Positions 18,738 through 28,228 of a DNA stretch of 64,000 nt are shown here, in pieces. The notes below the pieces were generated by a model. The model searched no databases. It had not been told where the DNA came from and saw nothing but the letters and a program-made list of their open reading frames with translations. Source of the stretch: a virus; the IMG/VR virus record IMGVR_UViG_3300021505_000001, positions 91,703 to 155,702 of that record. One strand, 5' to 3'. The position numbers were made by a program, and so were the translations under genes. Position 1 is the first letter of the stretch; each line of letters starts with the position of its first letter.

Positions 18738-19454
18738 CTAGAAACGATTGCCACAATTCATACAAAATTTAGCTTTAAAGGGATTTTTCTTGCCACATTT
18801 AGTACAATATTTTTTACGAGTTTCTTTCACTGTTAATGATGATTCTCTACCTATCATTGTCAATCGGATTTTTGCTGGTATAATTGTAGTTGGAAAATCA
18901 TTAGTAGTATAAAACTCTTGGTTTACATCTTCCCCAGCAATTGTTGTTCCATTTGATTGAAGATTATTTGTTAAACAACAATTTATTGGACAATAATCCA
19001 AAGGATTTCCATTTGAACTATCATTCCGTTTCCAATAATAAACTAAAGGATTTCCATTTGAACTATCATCCAATCCCAAATAATGAAAAAATGTTTCATC
19101 TATCTCTTTGTAAAAAGAAACCTCTATAATTCCATTTTCCACATTTGATGGGTCATTTGCTCTACTATCATTTACAGATACAAAACGTAACTTGCTTCCA
19201 CGTTTCATATTACCGTCAATTAGCAAACGTTTTATATCGAAGGTATCATTGGGTTGCAAAACAAAAGAAATGTCCTCTGGATGGATATAGCTTCCATCTA
19301 CCTTGACTTTTGCTTTACACCTTAATTTACTATCAAGATTTTTAAGTCGTATTTGATAATCTGAATTAAAGGGAAGATAGACTTTCCCGTCTATCTCACG
19401 AAGAACATTACCTTTGTAGAGTATGGACACTACAAAATTTTGATAATATACCAT
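18738..19454 (-). CDS. Hypothetical protein with C-terminal zinc ribbon
   Basis: YCTKCG...FCMNCG; AAGGAGG SD. Confidence 0.75.
   Translation of the reverse strand: MVYYQNFVVSILYKGNVLREIDGKVYLPFNSDYQIRLKNLDSKLRCKAKVKVDGSYIHPEDISFVLQPNDTFDIKRLLIDGNMKRGSKLRFVSVNDSRANDPSNVENGIIEVSFYKEIDETFFHYLGLDDSSNGNPLVYYWKRNDSSNGNPLDYCPINCCLTNNLQSNGTTIAGEDVNQEFYTTNDFPTTIIPAKIRLTMIGRESSLTVKETRKKYCTKCGKKNPFKAKFCMNCGNRF
19000..19069. repeat. 25-bp exact direct repeat with 45-nt period
   Basis: aaaggatttccatttgaactatcat at 19000-19024 and 19045-19069 (DSSNGNPL twice). Confidence 0.9.
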
Positions 19455-19571
19455 TTTTAAACCTCCTTATTTTAATAGCCCGTCCTGTAAAGGCTAAGTT
19501 TTTGTTTAAACAGAACTATTAGGCATCACTATAAAATGCTTTAACTTTTAATAAATATGTATGAAAATCGG

Positions 19572-19602
19572 TTGACAAAGGAAAATCTTTAATATATATA
19601 AT
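19572..19602 (+). promoter_or_regulatory. Putative sigma70 promoter
   Basis: TTGACA followed by TATATA/TATAAT at 17-19 nt, upstream of 19683. Confidence 0.55.
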
Positions 19603-19682
19603 TAAATTAATATATAAAAACTTATAATGGTTGAAAAGGACAACCTTTACAACTTTTTGTAAGTTGTATAAAACAGATTATT

Positions 19683-20135
19683 ATGTTGGATAATAGAAAC
19701 TTTTTCTTTTTTGAGGCTAAATATTGTAATGAATATGTACATGATGAGTTTATAAAAAACAGTTTTGCTGGTATATGTTATAATTTTGAAGAAGCCCCTG
19801 AATTATATTATTTGATGAGTGCCATTAAAAAGAATGATATTATAATTCTAAAAGCTTTTGCTCCTTCAAGTAATGTAATGACTGTATTTGCAATAGGTGT
19901 TTGCAAGAATCCTGAAATACATCCAGCAGTTGATTCAGAAGGTTCTGATATTTCTTATAAATTAGGATTTGGGATAACTGTTGATTGGAGAGTAGTTGAA
20001 ACTATTACAATTCCAAAAAATCTTTTTAAAGATAAACTTTATAATTGGCGAATAAGCCCAATTTATCAAGAGTTTAATCCTCGTATCAACAAGATTATTC
20101 TGAACCTTCTTTTTAAAAAATATTTCTATAAATAA
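19683..20135 (+). CDS. Hypothetical protein, possible EVE/PUA-like nucleic-acid-binding domain
   Basis: IKKNDIIILK...VFAIGV...TVDW pattern resembles PUA-like domains at N-termini of modification-dependent restriction proteins. Confidence 0.4.
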   Translation: MLDNRNFFFFEAKYCNEYVHDEFIKNSFAGICYNFEEAPELYYLMSAIKKNDIIILKAFAPSSNVMTVFAIGVCKNPEIHPAVDSEGSDISYKLGFGITVDWRVVETITIPKNLFKDKLYNWRISPIYQEFNPRINKIILNLLFKKYFYK

Positions 20136-20155
20136 TTTTGTTGAGAAAGACTTTC

Positions 20156-20716
20156 TTAATTTACAATTGTTATACATAAAAAGTAAAACAGTCTATCCAT
20201 TAAATTTTCATATCTTCCTACTGGAACTTTTATTCTATAAGAGTTTCCGCTTATTTCTATTTGGTAATTTTGATTATCTAAAACTATTTTTTTCGGTTTA
20301 ATACATACTGTTTCCTTAATACTTCTAACTAATATCATCTTTTTATCACTAAATATTTCAATATTATTGTTATAGAAGATAAATTTATATATTTGTTCCA
20401 AATTGATAGTAGTTTTTTTAGTTAGTCGATTAACCCTTCCAGCAACAAATTTCTTCCCTGATATATGTTTTAAAATTATTACAGCTTTAAATAATCCAAA
20501 ATTGATTTGAGGATTACTTATTACTGCATAAACACATCCAAACTCTTCATTTATTTTAGTTAAAAAATATTCAGTGTATTTCTTTTGTTTTTGTATTTTG
20601 TACTTTGTTTTCCATTCCTTTATAGAATAAAGAGAATTTGAAATAAAGTTCTTTATTTCAAACCATAAATTTTTTAACCAAGTAATATCTACTTGAACTT
20701 TTATAATACTCATCAT
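20156..20716 (-). CDS. Hypothetical protein
   Basis: ORF downstream of 20721-21491; ATG 20716 preferred as start. Confidence 0.6.
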   Translation of the reverse strand: MMSIIKVQVDITWLKNLWFEIKNFISNSLYSIKEWKTKYKIQKQKKYTEYFLTKINEEFGCVYAVISNPQINFGLFKAVIILKHISGKKFVAGRVNRLTKKTTINLEQIYKFIFYNNNIEIFSDKKMILVRSIKETVCIKPKKIVLDNQNYQIEISGNSYRIKVPVGRYENLMDRLFYFLCITIVN

Positions 20717-20720
20717 GCAC

Positions 20721-21491
20721 CTATGATATAATATCTTCAAGTATAAAAACTAAACGATTTCTAAAACCAAGTATTTCTTTAGCTTCTGATACATCCATAG
20801 CCCCACTTGCTATCATATCCTTTAAGGAATATAAAACTATTGCTGTTGGCACAGCAATATTTGGTAGTATTTTAAAGAAATTATCATCTATCTCTTCCAC
20901 TAACGTGGGGTCATTATCTATTTCAGCTTTTACTATTCTAACAACTGTATTGAACTCTTTATGCCTTTCTAAAAGAGAATTTGTCATTCCTACAATTGAA
21001 AATCCTTCATCTGTCTTTTCTGATACATTATTATTTTTGCTTTTAAAAGTAGTATCATATAATCTCAAAAGTAAGGAATGTTCTAATGATACTTCCCAAG
21101 CAGATGGAATATTTATTTTTATATTGCCTAACTGATTATCTGTTTTAGTCTGAAAAGTCTTTCCACTCTGAGAAATTGTAATTTTAGTACTGGTATTAAA
21201 AAACTGTTTTCGTATTTCTGATCTTTCCTCATCAAAATCCAAAGGAAATTCCTTTATTAATTCTTTTGTTGGAATATCTTCAGATTTTTGGGGTAGAGTC
21301 TTTTGTGAATTTAACAATAAATTTTTAATATCTTCCTCATCCTTACTAAGGATACTATCTTCTAAATATATTCCATAATCCTCCACAAATTGAGCTTTTA
21401 ATTTTATAAGCTCTGCCAGTTCCACGGGAGTTAAACAATATATTCTACTTTGCAGATTTTTTATACGGGATATTTGTTCTGTACTCAACAA
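20721..21491 (-). CDS. Hypothetical protein
   Basis: 256 aa; TTG start with AGGAGG SD. Confidence 0.7.
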   Translation of the reverse strand: MLSTEQISRIKNLQSRIYCLTPVELAELIKLKAQFVEDYGIYLEDSILSKDEEDIKNLLLNSQKTLPQKSEDIPTKELIKEFPLDFDEERSEIRKQFFNTSTKITISQSGKTFQTKTDNQLGNIKINIPSAWEVSLEHSLLLRLYDTTFKSKNNNVSEKTDEGFSIVGMTNSLLERHKEFNTVVRIVKAEIDNDPTLVEEIDDNFFKILPNIAVPTAIVLYSLKDMIASGAMDVSEAKEILGFRNRLVFILEDIIS

Positions 21492-21508
21492 TTTAAACCT
21501 CCTTTTGA

Positions 21509-21910
21509 TTATCGGTTAGACAATCTATTAATTGCGTCTGCTATCATCTGCTTTCTTGCTTGCATAGGCACTAGTGCTGAAATATAATCTACATCTAATA
21601 TACAAATATCTTTCTTTGCCTCTGTATGACTATTAGCCTTAAGATAAACTTTAATTGAATCTAAAGTTTCCTCCTTGTATATTTCTACAACATCTTTTGT
21701 TGGAGTATCTATTGGTAGTATTTCTTTTGTTAAATCTCTACCATGGCAAGCTTCTTGATAGACAAATAATGCTATTTGTTTGCCATAGTCTTGTTCTATT
21801 TTTTCGAGACTTTTGTTTTGAAAATCAAATATAGAAATATCTTTGTGACAAGGCTTTTGAAAAATATATTGAGGATACAAAAAATTTTTTCTGTCTACAA
21901 CAATTTCCAT
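21509..21910 (-). CDS. Hypothetical protein (start revised to ATG 21910)
   Basis: GGGGGT SD before MEIVVDRK. Confidence 0.65.
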   Translation of the reverse strand: MEIVVDRKNFLYPQYIFQKPCHKDISIFDFQNKSLEKIEQDYGKQIALFVYQEACHGRDLTKEILPIDTPTKDVVEIYKEETLDSIKVYLKANSHTEAKKDICILDVDYISALVPMQARKQMIADAINRLSNR

Positions 21911-22093
21911 ATAATAAACCCCCTTTAAAAAATACTCATAAAATCTAATCCCCAAAGATAGGGTTCTAACAGTACTATTACAAATCTCTTACTAATTACA
22001 TTAAATTATACAAAATAAAGAAAAATAATGCAAGTTTTTAGGATAGTTTATTCTATGCTTAAATGTTGCTATTATTTTCTGGTTAGAACCTTA

Positions 22094-25000
22094 TTATCCA
22101 CCAATACTTACATTTGGAGCACTTATATTTATTTGAGCAGCTTCTCTACGTTTATCTTCTGTAGTTTCTGATATAGCTTTTTTTGTTTCATCACCCATAA
22201 ATGGAGAAAGCATCCATTCACTTGTTTTACGTCCTGCCATAGCCGCAATATCAAGCAATCCCGTTCCTCCTGTAGCAAATCCTCCCAATGCCCAATCTAT
22301 AACATCAAAACCCATTTTATTTACGTTTCCTACAGCATTTGATATAGATGAAAAAGCACCAATACCTCTTTCTTTTGTATCTTTCCAAGCATTTTCTACA
22401 AATGCATCATATCCTCCTTCTGTTAATTTCTTAGGAGTTACCCCACTTATTTCTTTTAGATTTTCAGATAAATTACCACCAGGTGTTACTTTTCCTGTTT
22501 TTGTTTCCTCACTTGTATTCTCTGTTGTATTTCCTTTCTTCTCACCAAAAGCTGATTCAATTGTACTTATTAAACTTTGAAATGCTGATTCAAGATTATT
22601 AGAAGTTGAAGCTAAACTAGCAAAACTACTTCCAACTTCTTCAGCACCAGTAAATTGTCTTTCAAAACCAAGTTTTTCAGCCGTTTTAGCTTGTGTTTCT
22701 AATCCAGCTACTTGTTTACTCATAAAAGTTAAAGTAGGTTTCCTAAATAACTGTCCAATATCTTCCATTGAAGCCCCTGAAAGCATAAGGGACTCTGCCA
22801 TTTGTGGACCGGCTTGTGCTAAAGTTTCATAACTTATTAAACCTTTTTCAAGAAGTGATTTATATGCCATTCCTTGAGACTTACGAAAACCCATATATTC
22901 TTCAGGAGATACAGCTCCATAAGCCATAGCAACACTTTCTAAAGACTTATTCATTTTAGCTCCTTGAATTACCATTCCTTGTGTCTGAGGCACAAATTCT
23001 TGTAGTTTTTGAACAAGAAGTTGTCTGTTTTCTGGTTGTAATAAATTTTCGGAAACACGGGTTGGTTGCCAATTTTCATATAACATTTCATTGATTGTAC
23101 GGGTAGCTATTTGAGGAACAACTTCTCTACGATATGTTTCTCCTACTTGTTGTTTTGATTCTTTAAATTGTTGACTTTGTTTTTGTAATTCAGCTAACAT
23201 TTGGCGTAAAATAGCTTCAACCATTTTTTGCCCTGTTTCTGATTCTGGTTTAACACCAGCAGCTTTAAGAGAAGTTTCAATTCCTGCACGGAGTTCTTTT
23301 TCATAATCCCCACGAAAACGTAAATTACCCCCTTTACTAATTTCTGTAATATTTTTAAAATCAACAACACCTCGTGACATAAGAGGACTTATATTTTCAC
23401 CCCATGTTGTCATAAAAGCTTCTCTTTTTTCAGGAGAAATATTTAATCCTCTTTTTGTAGTTTCATATAGAGTTTTTGATACCTCAAAAGGCATTTTTGT
23501 CATTTTAACATATTCTTCTCTCCAACTACTAAAATCAGGCATTTTTTCAGGTAGTTTATATTCCTTTTCAATAGCTTTCATTTCTTTTCCTGCTTTGGTT
23601 CCAGCTTCACTAATAGGTGTTTCCATATATGATTTTTCAAGTCTACTAAGATACTCTTGATTTGTTGCAGAAGATGCTAAACGTTTTTGTTCTTTTTCTC
23701 TTTTATATCCAGCATATAATTTGTATAATTCTGCACCACCTACCATAGCAGTCCCTATTCCTATTGTCCAAGGATTAGGAATCATCATCATTCCTGCACC
23801 AAGTGCTTCAATACCACCTGCAACTGTCATTGAAGTACTTTGAGTTCGGTAACCTTCTACCATTGAGGATACACCCCTTAAACCACCAATACCAATACCA
23901 CCATAACGCAGATAACGCCCAAATGCATTACTTCTTTGGAATGCCCGTGCATAGGGGGAACCTTCTTCTGCCCAAACTGGAGGCGTAGCACTTATATTAA
24001 GTAAACCTTTTAATCCACCTTGTAATCTTCCCATATTTAATTGTGGATTTGTAAATCGTCCAATTATTGTAGGAATAGTTGTTGATAATGCTGTACCTAT
24101 AGTTGTAGCTAATCTACCAATTCCACTACTTCCACCTACTCTAGCAAGTTTATCTCCTATTCCTGCAAAACCACCAACTTTACTCCATAGCCCAGGACCA
24201 AATTGTAATGCAGAACCAATACCAATATCTAATAACCCTTGCATATATCTACCTTTTGATATATCTTCTCCACCAACAGAATACATAGAAGTTCCAAGAA
24301 GCCATCTAGCAGCAGCTCCAGTACCTTTTCTTGTAGCTATAGAAGGAGCTAACCAAGCAGCGGCTCCTGTTCCTGTTTGTAGTAGTTTTCCAAAACCTTG
24401 AAGAAGTCCACCATATCCGCCACCAGAAAAAGCTTCTCGTATAGCAGATGGTATTCCTTTAATTCCACTACCAATCATAGCTCCAGGAAGTTCAACTGCT
24501 GTTCGTACTGTTTGCTGTAACATAACACCTGCTATTGGTTTAAAGGATGTCATTGCAGCTTTTTGCATAACATCAGCCATTCGTTTCATAACAGGGGCAA
24601 AAGTACTATCATTTATAGAACTACCAACTTCATCAATACTATCTTCAAGTGCAGAAAGAAAATCATTTATAAGACGTGCTGTAGCACGTTTCATTTGTTC
24701 TCCACCTTCACTTCCACCCATTACTTCAGCAGCTTTTGTAGCTTTTTGATAACTTCCAATACTACCAAACAATTTCTTATTAAAATCTGAAATTATACTA
24801 CCTATACCTCCACTTAAATTCATTCCTCCAACAATACTTTGTATAACTTGATTAATAGCTGTAGCTGATAATGCCATGCCACCTTGAGTTGTTCCATAAA
24901 GACGAGTAGTAACACTAGCCAGCTCCTGATTATAATCTGATTTAAAACGAGATATATCTAAGCCTGCTTTTGCTATATCTCTTAAGGCATCTGCTATATT

Positions 25001-27403
25001 TGTAGCTTTAGACAGATCAGCTTTAGCATATTCAGATTTAGATGCCACACGTTGAATAGTAGTTCTTTCAATATATCCCTGTTGTGATTCTGGTAACAAA
25101 CGTCCCAGCTCAGTATTTTTTAATTCTATTATTTGAGAACTTTGTATTTTTTGTTCTCCACCAAGTAATTTAAGAACATCTTGTGTTAATGGTTGGTTTT
25201 GGCGGGAAACCATAGGAAGTATTAAAGCAGATGTTAAACTATCTGAAAGGTTTCTTAACTGAACATCAAACTGAGCACCTTTACTCATTAATATTTCATT
25301 ACCACCAAACATGTTCATCATAGCTTGTGCCATAATGTTTAGTTTTTCTTCACCAGTACCACCTTTAAATTCTGCAACTGTTTTACCAGCATAAGAGGCC
25401 AAAAGTTCAGGAGATATATTAAATCTCATCTGAAGTGATCTGAATTGTCCACCTAACATTTCACGTATAGCAAATAAAGCACCACCAGTACCTTGTTCAG
25501 GAGCTAACATACTCAATAACTGAACAGTATTAAACATCTGTTTTTGAAATTGTGGTTGTGTAGCTAATGGACGTGTTGATGGATATGTTGCCATAGCTGT
25601 TAACACTTCCATTGCTTCTGGAAATTGAATTGGTTGTGTTTGAGCTATTCTTAAAGCAGAACTTACTGCTTGTTGTGAATATGAGCGTGAACCAAGTAAA
25701 GCTTGCATACTATTCATACGCCCTTGTATATCAGACATAATTTGAGGAGCTTGTTGAGCAAATCCAGCAATTTCCTGATACATAGGTTGTAAACCAGTAA
25801 TATTTCCTGCTGTCTGATATACAGGTTGTACTGCTTGATATGTAGCTTCCATTGGTATTCTTGTCATGGCTTCAAATACTGCACCAGACATACCAAACAT
25901 CAAAGCCCATTGGAGTTGTTGAATATTCATACCAACAAACTGTTCACCTACACCTTTGACAGTTGGAGCATACTGATATTTTATCTTTTCTCCAAATGTC
26001 ATTTTTTCACTACCACCAAGAAGTGACTGTTGTCGTCTTAGTGTTTTAGCACTTCTAGATAATTGTGCAATTTCACGATAAAGATCATTATTAACTGATT
26101 TTAAACGTTGTGGTTTAATTGAATCAGATGCCTGTTTAAATTTCTCTGAAAAATCAGATGCAGCCTCCTGAAATTGTTGAGAATATCTATTCCATTCATC
26201 TGTACCTGGTTCAGCTTTTTCTAATTTACTTTGTAATTTATCAGCTCTGGCAAAAGATTCTTCAAGCCCTCTAAAATTTATACCTGTTTCTCTTTCTGCT
26301 TTTCGTACATCACCACCATAAGCTTCTTTTATTTTGTTTATAATAGATGCTTCAACAGATGTCGCTTTTCGACCAACATCCATCACAGCAGCCGTTTTCA
26401 TTTCTCTGGCTGATAAATTTCTATCAATTTCACTTATATTAGATTTAACAGCTCCTATAAGTCCTGCAAAAGCATCTTGACTTGTAAATTGAAAAGAACC
26501 CCCCATCCCATGTATAGATGTTGCGGGTCCAAACATACGGGTTGCTGAATGAATTCCACCAGTTTGAACTTGTTCTTGAAAAGCTTGCATATAATTTTCA
26601 AGACTTCGAAAAGCTGGTTGTGATAACTGTTGTGCTTCTCTTGCTTGTCTTTGTGACAAACCTCTTTCAAGAGCATCAACAACATCCTGTGTAAAAACAT
26701 CAGGCCGTTGTTGTTGAAGTTCTTTAACACCTGAACGGGCATTCAAGGTAGCCATATAATCTTGTAAAATTTTATTCTGTCCTTCTTTATCAAAAAAACC
26801 TCTATCTGTTCCTCTGAGATATGTAAGACTGGATTCTAACGAACCAAGAGCAGTATTCAATTGAGATGGAGAAAAATTCTCTCTCATTAAATTACCTGCC
26901 TGAATTTCAGTTTGATAAGCTGGATACTTTTTAGGTTCTAAAGGACTTTCTGATAACAGGGATGCACGCAAACCTTTAAGAACTTCTTCCTCTTTATAAC
27001 CAGGAATTGTGCTAGGGGGTGGAATATACTGAGGAGGATTATTATAATCATAGGCATAGGGATTTGTGGGTCCTTCTGGTGGCACATTTCCACTTGTAGA
27101 AGATATAGATTCATCAAAATCTTTAGCAGACCTACTAGCCCCTCTCAATTGTTGATTAAAATCATCAAAAGCAGAACGTACATCTTCCATTAATGATTTA
27201 ATATCATTATCTTTTGCTGAGGGACGTATTTTTTGAGAAGCTTCTGATGTTCCACCAGTAGCAGAACCAACTAATTTATTAATACCAGTATCTAATTTAT
27301 TAAAGATATCTGATAACCCATTAATAGATTCAGCAGATGTTTGTAATATTTCTAATATAGTATTGGCTGTTCCTATATCAGAAGAAGAACCAGTAGGTGG
27401 CAT
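22094..27403 (-). CDS. Tail tape measure protein
   Basis: 1769 aa, helical, A/G/Q/S-rich. Tape-measure-like ALRIAQTQPIQFPEAMEV...GALFAIREMLGG segment and Gly-rich hydrophobic C-terminal half. Confidence 0.8.
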   Translation of the reverse strand: MPPTGSSSDIGTANTILEILQTSAESINGLSDIFNKLDTGINKLVGSATGGTSEASQKIRPSAKDNDIKSLMEDVRSAFDDFNQQLRGASRSAKDFDESISSTSGNVPPEGPTNPYAYDYNNPPQYIPPPSTIPGYKEEEVLKGLRASLLSESPLEPKKYPAYQTEIQAGNLMRENFSPSQLNTALGSLESSLTYLRGTDRGFFDKEGQNKILQDYMATLNARSGVKELQQQRPDVFTQDVVDALERGLSQRQAREAQQLSQPAFRSLENYMQAFQEQVQTGGIHSATRMFGPATSIHGMGGSFQFTSQDAFAGLIGAVKSNISEIDRNLSAREMKTAAVMDVGRKATSVEASIINKIKEAYGGDVRKAERETGINFRGLEESFARADKLQSKLEKAEPGTDEWNRYSQQFQEAASDFSEKFKQASDSIKPQRLKSVNNDLYREIAQLSRSAKTLRRQQSLLGGSEKMTFGEKIKYQYAPTVKGVGEQFVGMNIQQLQWALMFGMSGAVFEAMTRIPMEATYQAVQPVYQTAGNITGLQPMYQEIAGFAQQAPQIMSDIQGRMNSMQALLGSRSYSQQAVSSALRIAQTQPIQFPEAMEVLTAMATYPSTRPLATQPQFQKQMFNTVQLLSMLAPEQGTGGALFAIREMLGGQFRSLQMRFNISPELLASYAGKTVAEFKGGTGEEKLNIMAQAMMNMFGGNEILMSKGAQFDVQLRNLSDSLTSALILPMVSRQNQPLTQDVLKLLGGEQKIQSSQIIELKNTELGRLLPESQQGYIERTTIQRVASKSEYAKADLSKATNIADALRDIAKAGLDISRFKSDYNQELASVTTRLYGTTQGGMALSATAINQVIQSIVGGMNLSGGIGSIISDFNKKLFGSIGSYQKATKAAEVMGGSEGGEQMKRATARLINDFLSALEDSIDEVGSSINDSTFAPVMKRMADVMQKAAMTSFKPIAGVMLQQTVRTAVELPGAMIGSGIKGIPSAIREAFSGGGYGGLLQGFGKLLQTGTGAAAWLAPSIATRKGTGAAARWLLGTSMYSVGGEDISKGRYMQGLLDIGIGSALQFGPGLWSKVGGFAGIGDKLARVGGSSGIGRLATTIGTALSTTIPTIIGRFTNPQLNMGRLQGGLKGLLNISATPPVWAEEGSPYARAFQRSNAFGRYLRYGGIGIGGLRGVSSMVEGYRTQSTSMTVAGGIEALGAGMMMIPNPWTIGIGTAMVGGAELYKLYAGYKREKEQKRLASSATNQEYLSRLEKSYMETPISEAGTKAGKEMKAIEKEYKLPEKMPDFSSWREEYVKMTKMPFEVSKTLYETTKRGLNISPEKREAFMTTWGENISPLMSRGVVDFKNITEISKGGNLRFRGDYEKELRAGIETSLKAAGVKPESETGQKMVEAILRQMLAELQKQSQQFKESKQQVGETYRREVVPQIATRTINEMLYENWQPTRVSENLLQPENRQLLVQKLQEFVPQTQGMVIQGAKMNKSLESVAMAYGAVSPEEYMGFRKSQGMAYKSLLEKGLISYETLAQAGPQMAESLMLSGASMEDIGQLFRKPTLTFMSKQVAGLETQAKTAEKLGFERQFTGAEEVGSSFASLASTSNNLESAFQSLISTIESAFGEKKGNTTENTSEETKTGKVTPGGNLSENLKEISGVTPKKLTEGGYDAFVENAWKDTKERGIGAFSSISNAVGNVNKMGFDVIDWALGGFATGGTGLLDIAAMAGRKTSEWMLSPFMGDETKKAISETTEDKRREAAQINISAPNVSIGG

Positions 27404-27414
27404 AATTTAACTCC

Positions 27415-28179
27415 TTATAAATTATACATTTCATCAGCGAATCCCATTTTAATGGCATCCTTAGCAGTAAACCAAGATTCACTTTTTAACATCTCTTTTG
27501 TTTCATCTACAGATAATTTCGTTTTACTTGAAATAAAACTGACTAATTGTTTATAGATATTTTCAAGATGTTTCATATAATCAAGAATATCCTGATGTTT
27601 TCCTACAATTCCTGTTCTAAACTGATGAACAAGAATATGAGTGTTTGGTGTTATATATCTCTTTTTCCCAGCTATAAGAATACTTACTGCCATAGAAGCA
27701 ACTGTACCAGTTCCAACAGTGTATATTGGAATAGGAAAATTTTCCATAAAATCAATTAAATCAAAACCATCTGACATAGACCCACCAGGACTATTTATAT
27801 GTAAATAAATTGCCATTTCCTTTGGATTATGAACACCAATATTAAAATAATTTTTTGTAACACAACCTCTCATATCAATTAAAAATCTTTTAATTTCATT
27901 GACACTTTCTTTATGTACTTCCCCACGAAAATATAAGTGATTACCATCTACATATATAATTGGAAAATCTACAAACAAAAATCCCCATACAAAATCTACA
28001 TCTTTTCTAATATTTTCATTGGAATATCTACTCGCTTGAAATTTATCCTTTGTAGATTTATCATCCTCTTCAGGATTTTTAGGTAACAAACCTACAGATT
28101 CTCTAACCTTCTCTAAATCATCAGATTTATAACTTAATAAATCTTCTATATTTGGTACTTCATTTACAGGAATAAACAT
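27415..28179 (-). CDS. clpP: ClpP-family (S14) serine protease
   Basis: LHINSPGGS, VASMA (catalytic Ser), ILVHQ (His), ESWFTAKDAIKMGFADE. Confidence 0.9.
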   Translation of the reverse strand: MFIPVNEVPNIEDLLSYKSDDLEKVRESVGLLPKNPEEDDKSTKDKFQASRYSNENIRKDVDFVWGFLFVDFPIIYVDGNHLYFRGEVHKESVNEIKRFLIDMRGCVTKNYFNIGVHNPKEMAIYLHINSPGGSMSDGFDLIDFMENFPIPIYTVGTGTVASMAVSILIAGKKRYITPNTHILVHQFRTGIVGKHQDILDYMKHLENIYKQLVSFISSKTKLSVDETKEMLKSESWFTAKDAIKMGFADEMYNL

Positions 28180-28228
28180 TTTTTTAAACCTCCTATTTTA
28201 TTGTTGTTTTTCAATGTTTTACTATTAC

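Noticed and set aside
18713-19529. 9-bp inverted repeat (gtgatgcct / aggcatcac) flanking the zinc-ribbon gene, as possible mobile-element ends
   Set aside because: Too short; no transposase or target duplication; compatible with chance or UTR pairing.
27403-28179. Programmed frameshift tail-chaperone pair upstream of the tape measure
   Set aside because: The upstream gene is a ClpP-type protease; no overlapping ORF pair was seen.
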